A stretch of DNA of 64,000 nucleotides, taken from assembly GCF_001194135.2 (NCBI RefSeq), contig NC_068997.1, positions 6,046,147 to 6,110,146 of the forward strand. Direction: 5' to 3'. The notes beneath the pieces were generated by a model. The model saw nothing but the letters and a program-made list of their open reading frames with translations, did no database searches and was not told the origin of the DNA. A program made the translations under genes and the position numbers. This stretch comes from Octopus bimaculoides. Its lineage: Eukaryota. Numbering within the stretch: the first letter of the stretch is position 1; every line of letters begins with the position of its first letter. This document shows positions 37,775 through 51,658 of the stretch, piece after piece.

Positions 37775-37826
37775 CTTGTATTTCGCCAATACAAGTCAGT
37801 ATGATACAAACTTCGAAAATATATAA
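37775..37826 (-). CDS. Candidate signal-peptide exon of the EGF-ZP gene
   Basis: Donor CAAG|gtaatt is phase 1 and matches the EGF1 exon. It reads LYIFEVCIILTCIGEIQ(A)|QKVDFDC. Weak acceptor (attggtag, or ttttcgaag with the exon starting at 37810) and no in-frame ATG inside. Confidence 0.4.
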
Positions 37827-37847
37827 CTACCAATATATGTACTCGAG

Positions 37848-37884
<37 letters not shown>

Positions 37885-38958
37885 CGTACATATGTGCATA
37901 GATATATATACATACATGCGTGTATGTATATATATAAACAAATAGTGAATGAGTATATGCATATATACGTACAGGTATGTGCATACCGACATCCACCTGT
38001 ATGTATAGGTGCATATCTGGGTACAGGACATTGCAAACAAACATAGACGGGAAAACACACGAGCCACATAGAGAACATTCTACTTCATCAGCTACCCACG
38101 TTTTAACACCGGCGTTTCGACGAGCTTCGGGCAGGACGCATCGTTAAAACGGCTCATACCTGTGTGTGTATGTATGTATATATAAACTTTAGGCTAATTC
38201 AAGCATGTTGGGACATATTTCAACTTCTAGAAGCAAATTCACTGCAGTTTCTATAAATGACACCTATTGAATCAGAAACTCGTGTCTATGACTGTTCCCT
38301 TGCCCCCAAACAATAAGCCTGTCCTTTTTTTTAGTGGCATATCATCTTTAGAGAATTCTTGATTCGTGAGGTTATCATCCGTTCTCATAAAGATTTGTTG
38401 TCAAATGCGATTTGGTAATTGTGACACATCTTCCAGACGGAGAGAGAATTTTAATAAATCAAGAATTACGCCGTATGCTAATTGATATACCTATATTTGT
38501 CTATGTTGTTTACGTATTGGCATCTTTTAGTTATTTCTTTTAGCTGACTTTTGTTTAATATATATTTGTGCGTGCGCGCGTTTAAAACACATATACATAT
38601 ATGTATATTTATGTATGTAGATAGGTAAGTACTATATGTTTGAATATTTATATGTGTGTGTGTGTGTGTATATGCATATCTTCTATCTATCTATCAATCT
38701 AGCAGTCTATCTGTCTGTCTGTCTTCTTCTTCTTCTTCTTCTTCTTCTTCTTCTTCTTCTTCTTCTTCTTCTTCTTCTTCTTCTTCTTCTTCTTCTTCTT
38801 CTTCTTTCTCTCTCTCTCTCTCTCTCTCTTTATATATATACTTTGGGTATGGTAGATGAGTTCAGCAAAAATTTAGATTCAGATGAATATGATACTTAAG
38901 TTGAGGCACCAGAATTTAGTACGGTATTATCCATACAATTTCGAAGTAAGGTGATTAA

Positions 38959-39510
38959 AATCAAAATAAGCAACAAGGATATCCAGAGGTAACGCAGTAC
39001 GATCGTATCATGCAACTCCATTTAATTGAATAATGCATTCATTACATCAATTTAAAATGCAGAGCAATCCTCAGCTGCACAAAGACATAGAATTTAATTA
39101 AATTAGAACAGAAGGACACCTTAATATAATTATACCTAAAATCTCTAGGAAGTTAAGGAGATAGGCAAAGAACATGTTGCCCCTACTTCAGCAGAGAAGT
39201 TACTAAATTATCAAGAAGACTCTGCCTATCACTGATTTTATTTGTTTTTATGGGGTAAGTTTTAACTTATAGACTAGTTTATCAAATCCTTGTATATCTA
39301 AGGTTGAGAGAATAAAGGGCAGTATATGTTAGGGGTAGGGCTGAGAGAGCAGACATAAATCATTATTGGTATAGTCATAAAAACCTTTGTGCAGCTGAGG
39401 ATTGCTCTGCATTTCAAATTGATGTAATGATTGCATTGTTCTATTAAATGGCGTTGCATGAAACGGTCGTACTGCATTACCTCTTGATATCCTTGTTGCA
39501 TATTTTGATA
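38959..39510. mobile_element. MITE-like element with ~125-bp inverted arms
   Basis: 38959-39084 is the reverse complement of 39385-39510; the right end runs into an N gap. Confidence 0.8.
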
Positions 39511-39863
39511 NNNNNNNNNNNNNNNNNNNNNNNNNNNNNNNNNNNNNNNNNNNNNNATGGGGGCGTATGGCTTAGGGTGCTGCATTTATCATTGTAAGAG
39601 CATGGTTTCAATCCCTGAACCGGCTGATGAGTTGTGTCCTTGAGCATAACTCTTCATTTCTTGTTGCTCCAGTCCAATCAACTGGCAAAAATGAGTAATC
39701 CTGCGACGGACCGGCGTCCCATCCAGTGGGGATTCAATATTCTACAGAATCCTGGAAACCGGCCATATGAGCCTATGGCTCGGGAACGACCTTTGACCCT
39801 TTTTTTGACTATGTATATGTGCATAGTACTTTATTGTCAACATTCGAAGATATCTGGTTGACA

Positions 39864-40083
39864 AAGATGACGAGCTGGCAGAATAGTTAGCACGCCGGGC
39901 GAAATGCTTAGCGGTATTTCGTCTGTCTTTAAGTTATGAGTTCGAATTCCGCTGAAGTCGACTTTGACTTTCATCCTTCCGGGATCGATAAATTAAGTAC
40001 CAGTTGCGTACTGAGGTCAAGCTAATCGATTGGCCCCCTATCCCAAAATTTCGGACCTTGTGCTTAGAGTAGAAAAGGATATT
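39864..40083 (+). mobile_element. SINE family A
   Basis: Full-length match. Confidence 0.85.
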
Positions 40084-40574
40084 CATGTTGACAGACATCA
40101 TAAAAAAGAGTTAAGTTTCTTTAGATCCAGAGAATGCATTCTAGCTAGGATTTCCCTTTCATTTATGTTTCTAAATGTGTTGGGAAAGGCATGAGTGCCA
40201 CACAGTCCCATTTCCTTATCCTTGAAGTCGGTGAATTTTTTGCCTTAAACACTTGAGGCTTACTAAACATTTACCATCTCTGTCAAGCTGTCGATCTATC
40301 AATTTGTTCATCCATCCAACCAGCCAGCCATCAAATCATTCAGCTATGCAACCATTTATCTAACCATCCATCCATGTAGCCATTGATCGCTCTATCGCTC
40401 GAACGATTCACCCTCCCTCTTTCCATCCATCCTCCACCCATCCTCAGAAGGGCTAAATACCACCATAAATATGAACAATTCTGGACGTACTGCACAGACA
40501 GACTGTACGGATAACTTCATGAACCAGTGACCGCAGAAGACAGTGCACTTTTAATGGCATAAAATAGATATAAA

Positions 40575-40740
40575 GCACCAGATAACGAAATAAGAGAATA
40601 ACGGGAAAACAGAACAACGGGATAACGGAAAAATGGAATAACGGAACAACAGAACAACAAAATTACAAAATAACAGAATTACCAAATAACTAAATGAATT
40701 AAAGGACTAAAGAATTAAAGACATTAAAGAATGAAACCAA
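40575..40740. repeat. Degenerate 8-bp tandem repeat (gaataacg / gaattaaa)
   Basis: Visible 8-nt periodicity. Confidence 0.7.
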
Positions 40741-41403
40741 ATTATTGCGAAGAGATAGCTACTTACAGTAAATCAACGTCATCATAAGAAGGGGCTGTAT
40801 ATATTCCAGTAGATACATCGTTAAGGACAAATGTTGGAGGTTAAATTTTATTGGTACCTGATGCTCCAGCACTGTTTGATTTTAGCGCAATGCGCCTCTC
40901 TTTAAAACGGGGAGGAATGGGCTCTTCAAAGACAAATTAGAGAAGGGACAAAAGTACCTCCTTGTCGGTGATAGCTTGAACCTGTTTGAAAGGGAAAAAA
41001 GGCGGAGCGTGGTCCTTTCGGTGGGTCGACTTAGATGTCGTAGGTAAGGAAGGTTTTTTCGTTTTAATTATAGCTGTAATGTCAGTGATATAGGGATAAT
41101 AAAACTCTCTCTCTCTCTGTCACACACACACACACACGACCATATATATTTATATCACTACACACGCACACGTACGTACGCACGCATATACGTATGTGTG
41201 TACGTACGCATGTATGTATGTNNNNNNNNNNTATGTGTGTACGTACGCATGTATGTATGTATGTATGTGTGTGTGTATGTATGTATGTATGTATGTATGT
41301 GTGTGTGTATGTGTGTTTGTGTAAATATACTTGCATACCGAAACACAGACATATTCGTACATACATAAATACATGCATGCAAACATGCATGCATGTGTGT
41401 GTG

Positions 41404-41445
<42 letters not shown>

Positions 41446-41523
41446 NNNNNNNNNNNNNNNNNNNNNNNNNNNNNNNNNNNATATATATATGAATATGTGT
41501 ACGTGTGTTTGTGCGTGCGTGTG

Positions 41524-41584
<61 letters not shown>

Positions 41585-42417
41585 GAGCGTGTGTGATGAA
41601 ATGATAGACACAAAGGGCTGCCATGATCCGATGTGTCACGCTAGTAAAGCATTTACGTGAGATTTCTCCACACGCACAGCAAATTACTGCAAGATTAAGA
41701 AATATAATGAACACTGGGTGTGATTAATTCGACATACTTGCTCTTGTGGCTGTTGTTCTTGTTGTTGTTATGGCTGTTGCAGTTGTTTTTGTTGTGCCAA
41801 TTATCGTTGTTGCTGTTGTTGATTTATACTTTATGGGTTTCAGCAAAGATTTAAGGACTGAGTCATGACATAAAATCAGATTAATGCGGTTCACGTTCGG
41901 TTGTACAGCTGCAAAAACGACATGTGTTGGAAATAAAGTGGGCGAGAAGAAACCTCCAGAGAATTGACGATATGTTAGAAAATGGTTGAGCCATGGTGGC
42001 GTAGGTAGCTCTTAACTCTGGAGGTCTAACAGCCATTGTAGTAGAAATAGAAGAGGAAAGGTGAAGAAAATATGTGTCTTTGTGAGCTATAGCAGTGTGG
42101 TTCTCATAGTGACCAATACTAGGCATCCATTCCATCCACTCCCCCACTGTACAATATTCTTTTACTTGTTTTAGTCATTAAGTTGCGGTCATGCGGAGGC
42201 ACCGCCTCGAAGAATTTCTAATCGAAAGAATCGATCACACCCATTATCATTTTTTAAAAGCCTGGTACATATTCTATTGTTATCTTTTGCCGAACCACNN
42301 NNNNNNNNNNNNNNNNNNNNNNNNNNNNNNNNNNNNNNNNNNNNNNNNNNNNNNNNNNNNNNNNNNNNNNNNNNNNNNNNNNNNNNNNNNNNNNNNNNNN
42401 NNNNNNNNNNNNNNNNN

Positions 42418-42452
<35 letters not shown>

Positions 42453-42689
42453 TTATACTTTTTTTTGTTTCAGTCATTAGACTTGAAGAATTCTTAATAG
42501 AATGAATCACATTACTATTTTTTAAGCCTGGTACTTATTCTATAGGTAATTTTTGCCGAACCGCTAAGTTACGGGGGTCGTAAACACACTAATACCAGTT
42601 GTCAAGCGGTGGCGGGAGACAAACATACATACACACTTGTGTATATATACGACAGGCTGCTTTCAGTTTCGTCTACCAAATCCACTCAC

Positions 42690-43270
42690 AAGACCCCAAG
42701 GAGTTCGTTTCTAACAAAAATACAAAGCTCCGTCATTGGAAAACAATGCCACATTTTAAATCTGAGAAAAGTCTTGCAGAGTTTTACTGTTCCACTTACA
42801 GATTGCAAGTTGGTTGGTTGATTTCTTTTCCTGAAGAATCCAAGCTTATCCAGATTGACAGTTAAGCCTTTACATACAAAATCAGATGCTCCAATTATTA
42901 TTGGTATAAATATAAATTTGTAATCCGGATTTAGAAGCTTGGAGATTTTGAAGTAGTTGTCCATAGTTATCTTCTTTCTCTTTGATTTTCAAGGAGATAT
43001 TCACATCAGCAGGACAGCTGACTCCCATGACGGTACATACCTTCTCTTGTTTATCTCAAACATCAGTATCCGGCTTGTTTTGCTTACTCTTGACAGATGT
43101 TTTGACGGGACCGTTCCACCAGTATTCCTTGTGCTGACATTTGTGTACATTTTCAATAACAAGGGGAGATGTTCGTGGGTCAGAAGGCAGTAACAAAAGA
43201 GGCCTGAACAAACCTCTTGCTGAATATATATAAAGTTTAGCAATTGAAGTAGGTCAACGAAAAACAAAGC
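42690..43270 (-). mobile_element. Internally deleted RLE (R4-like) LINE fragment
   Basis: LLNPDYKFIFIPIIIGA...NLDKLGF...LQSVSGTVKLCKTFL, homologous to the C-terminus at 28980-29197. Confidence 0.75.
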
Positions 43271-43468
43271 ATTGACCTTTCCACGACCAGAGTAGGTCTC
43301 AGAGGTTAATTCATCCTAATTAATCTCCAAGTGCAGAGAGGGGAAAAGAAATGATTATCTGACAATCATGAAAAATGTGGATTCGGTTTCGAATCTTCTC
43401 AGCTGCTGTAGCTGGTCCTTAAAAGTGTGTATATGAATAATTTTATTGTATGCCCTGACGCATATTAT

Positions 43469-43556
<88 letters not shown>

Positions 43557-43817
43557 CTGCATCTTTGTTACAGTCACTTGCCGAGACACATCTAGCATCC
43601 TGGGACGAGTGAAGGATAAGAGATGTGACAGAAAGCTTGCGGAGGGGAGGTAGTGAAATATCTTCATGTAATGCAACACAAATATTTAAATGGATAGGGT
43701 TTTTCTAAGGTTGTGGGCAGTACTTGTCAGCATAATTTTTTTATTTCTCTGAGACATGGTTCTCCTGTGATTTTATCACGATGTTTCTGACATCTCTTTT
43801 TTTTTTTTTATCATGTA

Positions 43818-44155
43818 GTCGACTTTGCCTTTCATCCTTTCGAGACCGATAAAATAAATATCAGTTGAGTATTCGACTAACCCCCTCCACCAAGTTTCAG
43901 GCCTTGTGCCTATAGTAGAAAGGATTATTATTATTATTAAGGCGGCGAGCTGGCAGAATCATTAGCACGCTGGACGAAATGCCTAGCGGCATTTCGTCCG
44001 TCTTTGCGTTCTGAGTTCAAATTCTGCTGAGGTCGACTTTGCCTTTCATCCTTTCGGGGTTGATAAAATAAGTATCAGTGGAGTACTGGGGTTGATGTAA
44101 TCAACTAACACCCTCCCACAAAATTTCAGGTCTTGTACCTATAGTAGGAAGGATT
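43818..44155 (+). mobile_element. SINE family A: a partial copy plus a full copy
   Basis: Core at 43818; full copy from 43939. Confidence 0.85.
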
Positions 44156-44303
44156 CTTCTTCTTCTTCTTCTTCTTCTTCTTCTTCTTCTTCTTCTTCTT
44201 TTTCTTCTCCTCCTCCTCCTCCTCCTCCTCCTCCTNNNNNNNNNNNNNNNNNNNNNNNNNNNNNNNNNNNNNNNNNNNNNNNNNNNNTCTTCTTCTTCTT
44301 CTT

Positions 44304-44401
<98 letters not shown>

Positions 44402-46244
44402 GCTTTTGAAATTTTTTGTATCCACCCGTTTTATCTTGCGATGGAAAAATAAAATTTAGCTTTAGATATTTCTGTGTTTCATTTTCTAAATATCCGTTCA
44501 CTTGTACGTTTCTTCAACGATATGGCCTTTTCTTCTGTCCTGCTCTCGCTATCCAGAATTTTAAAGATATTTCCGAAAAGTTGGTAAACAAGTATATGGA
44601 TATAAGAAAATTGTCGAAAAGGAAAAATGAAATAAATACTGACGCTTAAACAAGTAGACCTATGCATTTTCACTATACAGAAAAGAAATGACAATTTCAC
44701 AAATTGTGTTGAGAAACATGCAAACATGTTGAATATGGGTCAACTCAAAAAAGGATGGATTCTGGAGAGGCACCAGTATGTCAGGAAATCAACCGACTCC
44801 TTGCCTGAAGAGTTTATTCAAGAAAGGGCAAAAGAAAAAGTGATAGGTTTGCACGTAGAAAAACAAAGTGGTTTTCAATGTGCCTTCAAAATTAAGAGTT
44901 GAAGGAGGTTCTGAATTAAATAGCAAAACGTTTGTTAACATTGTAAAATAAAAAGAAGCTACTCGATTTGAGCCAGCTCAAGGAAAATGAAAATCCGTAT
45001 GGTAGGTATGTAACAAAAGGCAGTACATCCTTGCCTGACAAATTTATCAAGAAAAGAGCAAAGAGAAATAAATCGCCTCATTCTCATCACCAGGAGCCGA
45101 TGAAAACATAGATCACTACGCAACCGAGGTGGGAATGTAGCTCCTTTTAAAGTAGAGTACTGTTCAGAAGTCACATTCAGCTGTGACATCCTATCGTCTT
45201 ATGACGATGTAGAGGTGTCGAAAAACGGATAAGGCAGAGAAACTACTAAAAAAAACGGTACAAAAAGGAGTGAACTTAGACAGAAAGCAGGCAAAAGTCT
45301 GGATGTCCCTCATTAAGGAGGCTAAACCTCTATGAGGTGTTGGGCATTTTACTGAAAAGAAAACACTACTTGATCTTATACCGGCTCTGATAAAAGACGA
45401 ACAGTAGGGCATACTGTGCTGATTAGTGAAGAACGGGCCATGACTATCATTCTTATTTAAAAACCAAGAAAATTATTAACAGTCTTCTAGCAGTGAAAAA
45501 GGCTTTAGGATACTTCACAGATTGGCTAGGGAGATAGTTGCTTACGGGAAGTTTGCAAATCCAGTTTCCGGAAGTGATTGAAGAAAAAGGTGTCTGATCC
45601 TACCCAGGTGGCGGATTATCATTCGTATGTAACAAGCTAGATGTCCCTTATTTGTATTTCTTCCTTTATTTATATTTCTTTATTTGTATCAAATTTTTAA
45701 TAGGGCTTAAAATATATTTTTCATTACGTTTTCATCACACGCCACCACTTCATGTATGAATATCTCCACTACGTCATGTAACCCTTTTATTTTTGTGACA
45801 CGCTTTGTATTAAATAAATAAGCCCTGTTGGCAAATAAAAGAAATGATTATCATCATCGTCATCGTCATCATCATCATCATCATCATCATTATCATTATC
45901 ATCATCATTACCATCATCATCTTAATTTTGTTGTTTGGCCTCGAAGTTTCCCACGGTCCTTAATGTTAATGTCTGGGAATTATGAAAGGCGAGAAAAAAA
46001 AGGAAGACGATATTACATACAAACACATACATGCAGACATACTCTCTCTCTCTCCTTCTCTCTCTCTATCTCACACACACACACACACATACGCACACAC
46101 ATACACACATATACACAAATACATATATACGTGCATACACAACTGGTTTTAATCTTCCCATTCGTAAAGAAATTAAATTCTTTCCTTTTTAGAGGCTTAC
46201 TGAGCTGAGCTGAATTACGTTGTATTACTCAACATGATAATCAT

Positions 46245-46328
<84 letters not shown>

Positions 46329-46968
46329 GCACGCACGCACGCACTCACACAAACATACACACACGCGCGTGCACGCACAGACATACACACAGGTGCACCT
46401 GTACACATATATGTGCACATCTATATGCATACATATGCACATACATATATATGTACACATGTATATACATGCATGTAAGCATGCACATAGATGCGCACAT
46501 ACATGTATATATATATATATATCTATATCTATACACACAAGTAGAAATACATGTACACATATACATACATGCTTACGTACACGCGCATGCATGCAGGCAT
46601 TCACACTCGCACACACACACGTGCGCGCACACACACACACATAAAGGCATATACACACATGCGCATACAAACATATGCACATATACAGAAGCACGCGCTC
46701 ACACATACACACATGCATGAACTCACACACACATGTGTATACACTCATACGCACAAACATGTACACAGATATGTACATATATACACACATTTATGCACAT
46801 ACACTCATACATGCACATACATTCTTCTTCCGGTTGACCATCAAAATCCGATTATGCCATCCACTCCCAAAAAGATGACATTTTTTGATGACTAAACAAT
46901 CCTATCGTAGACCACCAATTTCTGTTGCAAGTAGTGTGTTTATATGCGATGTATATGTGATGTGTGTG

Positions 46969-47015
<47 letters not shown>

Positions 47016-47018
47016 GTA

Positions 47019-48338
47019 ACTAGCAAAGGCACCCGGCGTTGCCCGGGAATGAAATTGTTGCTTATATACTGGAAGAAGAAAAGCAAAATATACTGTATAG
47101 AAATTTGAGGACATTCTGTAGATGGACTCTCAGATGAATGATGGCTGGGCGCCTCTCATGAATGGGAAAATTGAAGATGCGCCAAAAAGCCTCATTGGTA
47201 CTTGGAAACTTTTACAAAAATTAAAATGGGGAATAAATGAAAAAAAATGATTTACGTGNNNNNNNNNNNNNNNNNNNNNNNNNNNNNNNNNNNNNNNNNN
47301 NNNNNNNNNNNNNNNNNNNNNNNNNNNNNNNNNNNNNNNNNNNNNNNNNNNNNNNNNNNNNNNNNNNNNNNNNNNNNNNNNNNNNNNNNNNNNNNNNNNN
47401 NNNNNNNNNNNNNNNNNNNNNNNNNNNNNNNNNNNNNNNNNNNNNNNNNNNNNNNNNNNNNNNNNNNNNNNNNNNNNNNNNNNNNNNNNNNNNNNNNNNN
47501 NNNNNNNNNNNNNNNNNNNNNNNNNNNNNNNNNNNNNNNNNNNNNNNNNNNNNNNNNNNNNNNNNNNNNNNNNNNNNNNNNNNNNNNNNNNNNNNNNNNN
47601 NNNNNNNNNNNNNNNNNNNNNNNNNNNNNNNNNNNNNNNNNNNNNNNNNNNNNNNNNNNNNNNNNNNNNNNNNNNNNNNNNNNNNNNNNNNNNNNNNNNN
47701 NNNNNNNNNNNNNNNNNNNNGTACATGCATAAATATGCATACATCTTTGTGTGTGAGTGTGTGTGTATGAGAGAGAGAGAGAGAGAGAGAGTAAATACTA
47801 CATACACACCGCTCTCTCACTCTGTCTCACACACACACACACGCACACACGCACACATACACACGCACACATACATACACACGCACACATACATCCAAAA
47901 ATGATGGACGCATATGACAACACACCCCTTGACTCACTCACACTCTGTCTCTTATAAACACACACATACATAAATGTATACAAACATATTTACAAAGACA
48001 CACGTGTGTATGCGTGCGCGCGTGTGTATGCGTGCGCGCGTGTGTTGCGTGTGAGAGAGAGAGAGAGAGGGGTTGAGAGAGAATATTGCGAAGAATGAAT
48101 GAAATTAACATGAAATGAAAAAGTCGTATAAATAAAAGCTCTTGTACGGAATGTTTAAAGTTGTGGACTTAGTAAATATTTCGAACATTTTTTTAAAGAA
48201 GTGAATCATAAATATGAAAAGCCTGACATTTATCCGAGGTCAAATTATTCATGCATCACAAGTATGGAAGCATTTGTTGAAGTCGATTTCACGTGAAAAG
48301 CGAATACACAGACATCTCTGTTTTATATATTAGAAGAT
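47019..48338 (+). mobile_element. Non-autonomous Helitron/Helentron-like element with internal microsatellites and a gap
   Basis: 5' actagcaaaggcacccggcgttgcccggg (subterminal hairpin); 3' acagacatctctgttttatatattagaagat. A related 5' end occurs at 52877. Confidence 0.5.
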
Positions 48339-48448
48339 GTATATGTGATTTACATATATTTGATTACTGAGAACATGCAGATGTGGTTCACAAGGACACA
48401 GTTTAGATTATAACCCCTTCTGTACACTATGTATATTTGATGTATATG

Positions 48449-48497
<49 letters not shown>

Positions 48498-48986
48498 NNN
48501 NNNNNNNNNNNNNNNNNNNNNNNNNNNNNNNNNNNNNNNNNNNNNNNNNNNNNNNNNNNNNNNNNNNNNNNNNNNNNNNNNNNNNNNNNNNNNNNNNNNN
48601 NNNNNNNNNNNNNNNNNNNNNNNNNNNNNNNNNNNNNNNNNNNNNNNNNNNNNNNNNNNNNNNNNNNNNNNNNNNNNNNNNNNNNNNNNNNNNNNNNNNN
48701 NNNNNNNNNNNNNNNNNNNNNNNNNNNNNNNNNNNNNNNNNNNNNNNNNNNNNNNNNNNNNNNNNNNNNNNNNNNNNNNNNNNNNNNNNNNNNNNNNNNN
48801 NNNNNNNNNNNNNNNNNNNNNNNNNNNNNNNNNNNNNNNNNNNNNNNNNNNNNNNNNNNNNNNNNNNNNNNNNNNNNNNNNNNNNNNNNNNNNNNNNNNN
48901 NNNNNNNNNNNNNNNNNNNNNNNNNNNNNNNNNNNNNNNNNNNNNNNNNNNNNNNNNNNNNNNNNNNNNNNNNNNNNNNNNNNATT

Positions 48987-49198
48987 ATAGTTAAAATTAG
49001 TTAAAGTAGGGTACCAACGGCCGTTTCTGGGAGTTCATTGCGGAAAAAAATAAAAAGATATAATACCCATTATTTGGCAATTCCTCCCGAAGAAGGAGGA
49101 ATTACCAGATAATGGGTATTATATCCCTTTATTTTTTTTCCCTGCAATGAACCCCCAAAAACAGCCGTTGGTACCCTACTTTAAGTAATTTTTACTAT
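48987..49198. repeat. Foldback palindrome with ~100-bp arms and a 7-nt loop
   Basis: 48987-49087 pairs with 49095-49198 around the loop cgaagaa; mismatches are mostly transitions. Confidence 0.92.
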
Positions 49199-49229
49199 CA
49201 CACTCAAGTCAGGTAATTGTCAACATGCA

Positions 49230-49960
49230 CTAGAGGTAGACCATGTGGAAGTGCTCCAAAAACTTTCTATGGCGACTGTAGGTCACCCAAGTTTCGCAGG
49301 TTTAGGGGAGGGTGGTGATACAGACCATTTGATATACGGCGTCCTTTGTAAAAGAAGGAAGACCTTTATATAGTTAAAAACTTCTGTACCTAAATCTCTC
49401 AAAAGTAGTCGATATGTGTTTAGTGCAGTCTTAAATGTCGTCTTCATTATTGCTATCCAAAGTGATAATACTCTCCAAATATTTAAACGATGATAGTCCT
49501 GATAGCTGTGCCTTTCCATCAGTAAAAACAAGTTGACTGCGTAGGACATTGACTGTCCATTAGCAGATCACATCTGTTTTTATGGTGTTGACTGTGCCAG
49601 CTTCTTCCTGTTTAATGTTCTCACAGCTTCAGCATTGTATGGGTCAAAAGGGCATTATCGTATTTACATAATAGCTCTAGAACCCGCCCTCTGCAATGCT
49701 AGACCCACCTGATGTTAAGATATTGTCGCTTTGTCTGAAGTAGATTACTAGACCGCTACTATCTTCAGTTTCATGGTGGAGAAGCCTGCTCGCACGTAGG
49801 AAAAATATGTTTAAGAACACTAGTGCTAATACATATCCTGTCTCACTCCTTTGTGTACAAGGAAGAGCTCGGACCTTTGTCCCCCTATCGATCCAAGCAG
49901 TCAACCCATTGCAGAACAAGTGGAAGATGTTTAATTTGTTGAGACACCAAACCTAAGGAG
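49230..49960 (-). mobile_element. Degenerate LTR-retrotransposon (Gypsy-like) integrase relic
   Basis: STP*...SANGQS (cf. TPYHPQSNG), TFKTAL...FLLLQRTPY...VSP (cf. L-x-x-YR-x-TP...G-x-SP). Confidence 0.5.
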
Positions 49961-50474
49961 GACATTACACTTGGACACTTTTGGAAGTGTCAAATACTTC
50001 GCAGAGGTCGAGAAAGACCATAAATAAGTCCTGATGTTGCTCCTGACACTTTTCTTCAAGTTACCAGGCTGTGAAGATCATGTTCTTCTTTTTCCTAAAT
50101 CCACATTGCGCCACAGTAAGTACTGACTCTGTGATACTGCTTCTGTTGTTTAGGAAGCAGCAACTTAGAAACAAAAGAAAGAAAGGACGTGGTTCTTATT
50201 GTGGCCTGTTGTGACATCAGCTCAGTCCATCAGCCATTAGAGGAGAAGTCAACAAGATTAATTTGATGATATCTCTAACCCAACGCTTAAAGACATATGC
50301 ACAAAGTAACTTTGGCCACTGACACTAGCAGAAGGCTGGGAGAGGGGAACGCAATAGGTAATACGTACCACAGAAAACGAGTTGATAGACGAAAATGGAG
50401 AATAAAATCCGGTCCATGGTACACATTAATGAACTTATGTATAGGCATAGTCATACACGTGCACACACACGCAT

Positions 50475-50520
<46 letters not shown>

Positions 50521-51016
50521 NNNNNNNNNNNNNNNNNNNNNNNNNNNNNNNNNNNNNNNNNNNNNNNNNNNNNNNNNNNNNNNNNNNNNNNNNNNNNNNN
50601 NNNNNNNNNNNNNNNNNNNNNNNNNNNNNNNNNNNNNNNNNNNNNNNNNNNNNNNNNNNNNNNNNNNNNNNNNNNNNNNNNNNNNNNNNNNNNNNNNNNN
50701 NNNNNNNNNNNNNNNNNNNNNNNNNNNNNNNNNNNNNNNNNNNNNNNNNNNNNNNNNNNNNNNNNNNNNNNNNNNNNNNNNNNNNNNNNNNNNNNNNNNN
50801 NNNNNNNNNNNNNNNNNNNNNNNNNNNNNNNNNNNNNNNNNNNNNNNNNNNNNNNNNNNNNNNNNNNNNNNNNNNNNNNNNNNNNNNNNNNNNNNNNNNN
50901 NNNNNNNNNNNNNNNNNNNNNNNNNNNNNNNNNNNNNNNNNNNNNNNNNNNNNNNNNNNNNNNNNNNNNNNNNNNNNNNNNNNNNNNNNNNNNNNNNNNN
51001 NNNNNNNNNNNNNNTG

Positions 51017-51058
<42 letters not shown>

Positions 51059-51060
51059 CT

Positions 51061-51255
51061 TTCTACTATAAGCACAAGGCCTGAAATTTTGGGGCAGGGG
51101 ATTAGTCAATTGCATCGACCCCAGTGTTTCGCTGGTACTTAATTTATCGACCCCGAAAGGATGAAAAGTAAAGTCGGCCTCGGCGGAATGTGAACTCAGA
51201 ACGTAAAGAAGGACGAAATGCTGGAAAGCATTTTGTCCGACGCAGTAAAGATTTT
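51061..51255 (-). mobile_element. SINE family A
   Basis: Reverse-strand match. Confidence 0.82.
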
Positions 51256-51453
51256 GATTTTAGCACAAGGACAGCAATTTTGGGTGAGAGAATTAGTTAA
51301 TTACATCAATCCAGTACTTTACTAGTACTTTATCTTAAAGTCAACATCAGCTACAATTTGAAGTCGCATGGCAGTTTTAATATAGTTTCTCTGTATTTTC
51401 ATGTTGTATCCCTATTTGTGTCTCTATACTATGTGTCAGAATTGTGTCCCAGC

Positions 51454-51658
51454 AAGGTGGCGTGCTAGTAGAATCGTCACATGTCGGACAAAATGCTTAG
51501 TGGTATTTCTTCCGGCTCCTTACGTTCTGAGTTCAAATGCCGCCGAAATTGACTTTTCCCTTCATCTTCTCTGAGTCGATAAAATAAGTATCGGTTGGGC
51601 ACATGCAATCGACTTCCTCCTTCTCCTCAAAATTACCGGCCTCGTGCTAAAATTTGAA
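51454..51658 (+). mobile_element. SINE family A
   Basis: Forward match, divergently oriented to 51061-51255. Confidence 0.8.

Noticed and set aside
38090-38160. Further hammerhead-like remnants (also ~2820-2850, ~8870-8900, ~43385-43415, ~51940-51960, ~61945-61980)
   Set aside because: They retain only GAAAC plus partial stems, and the CUGANGA core is too degraded to distinguish them from chance.
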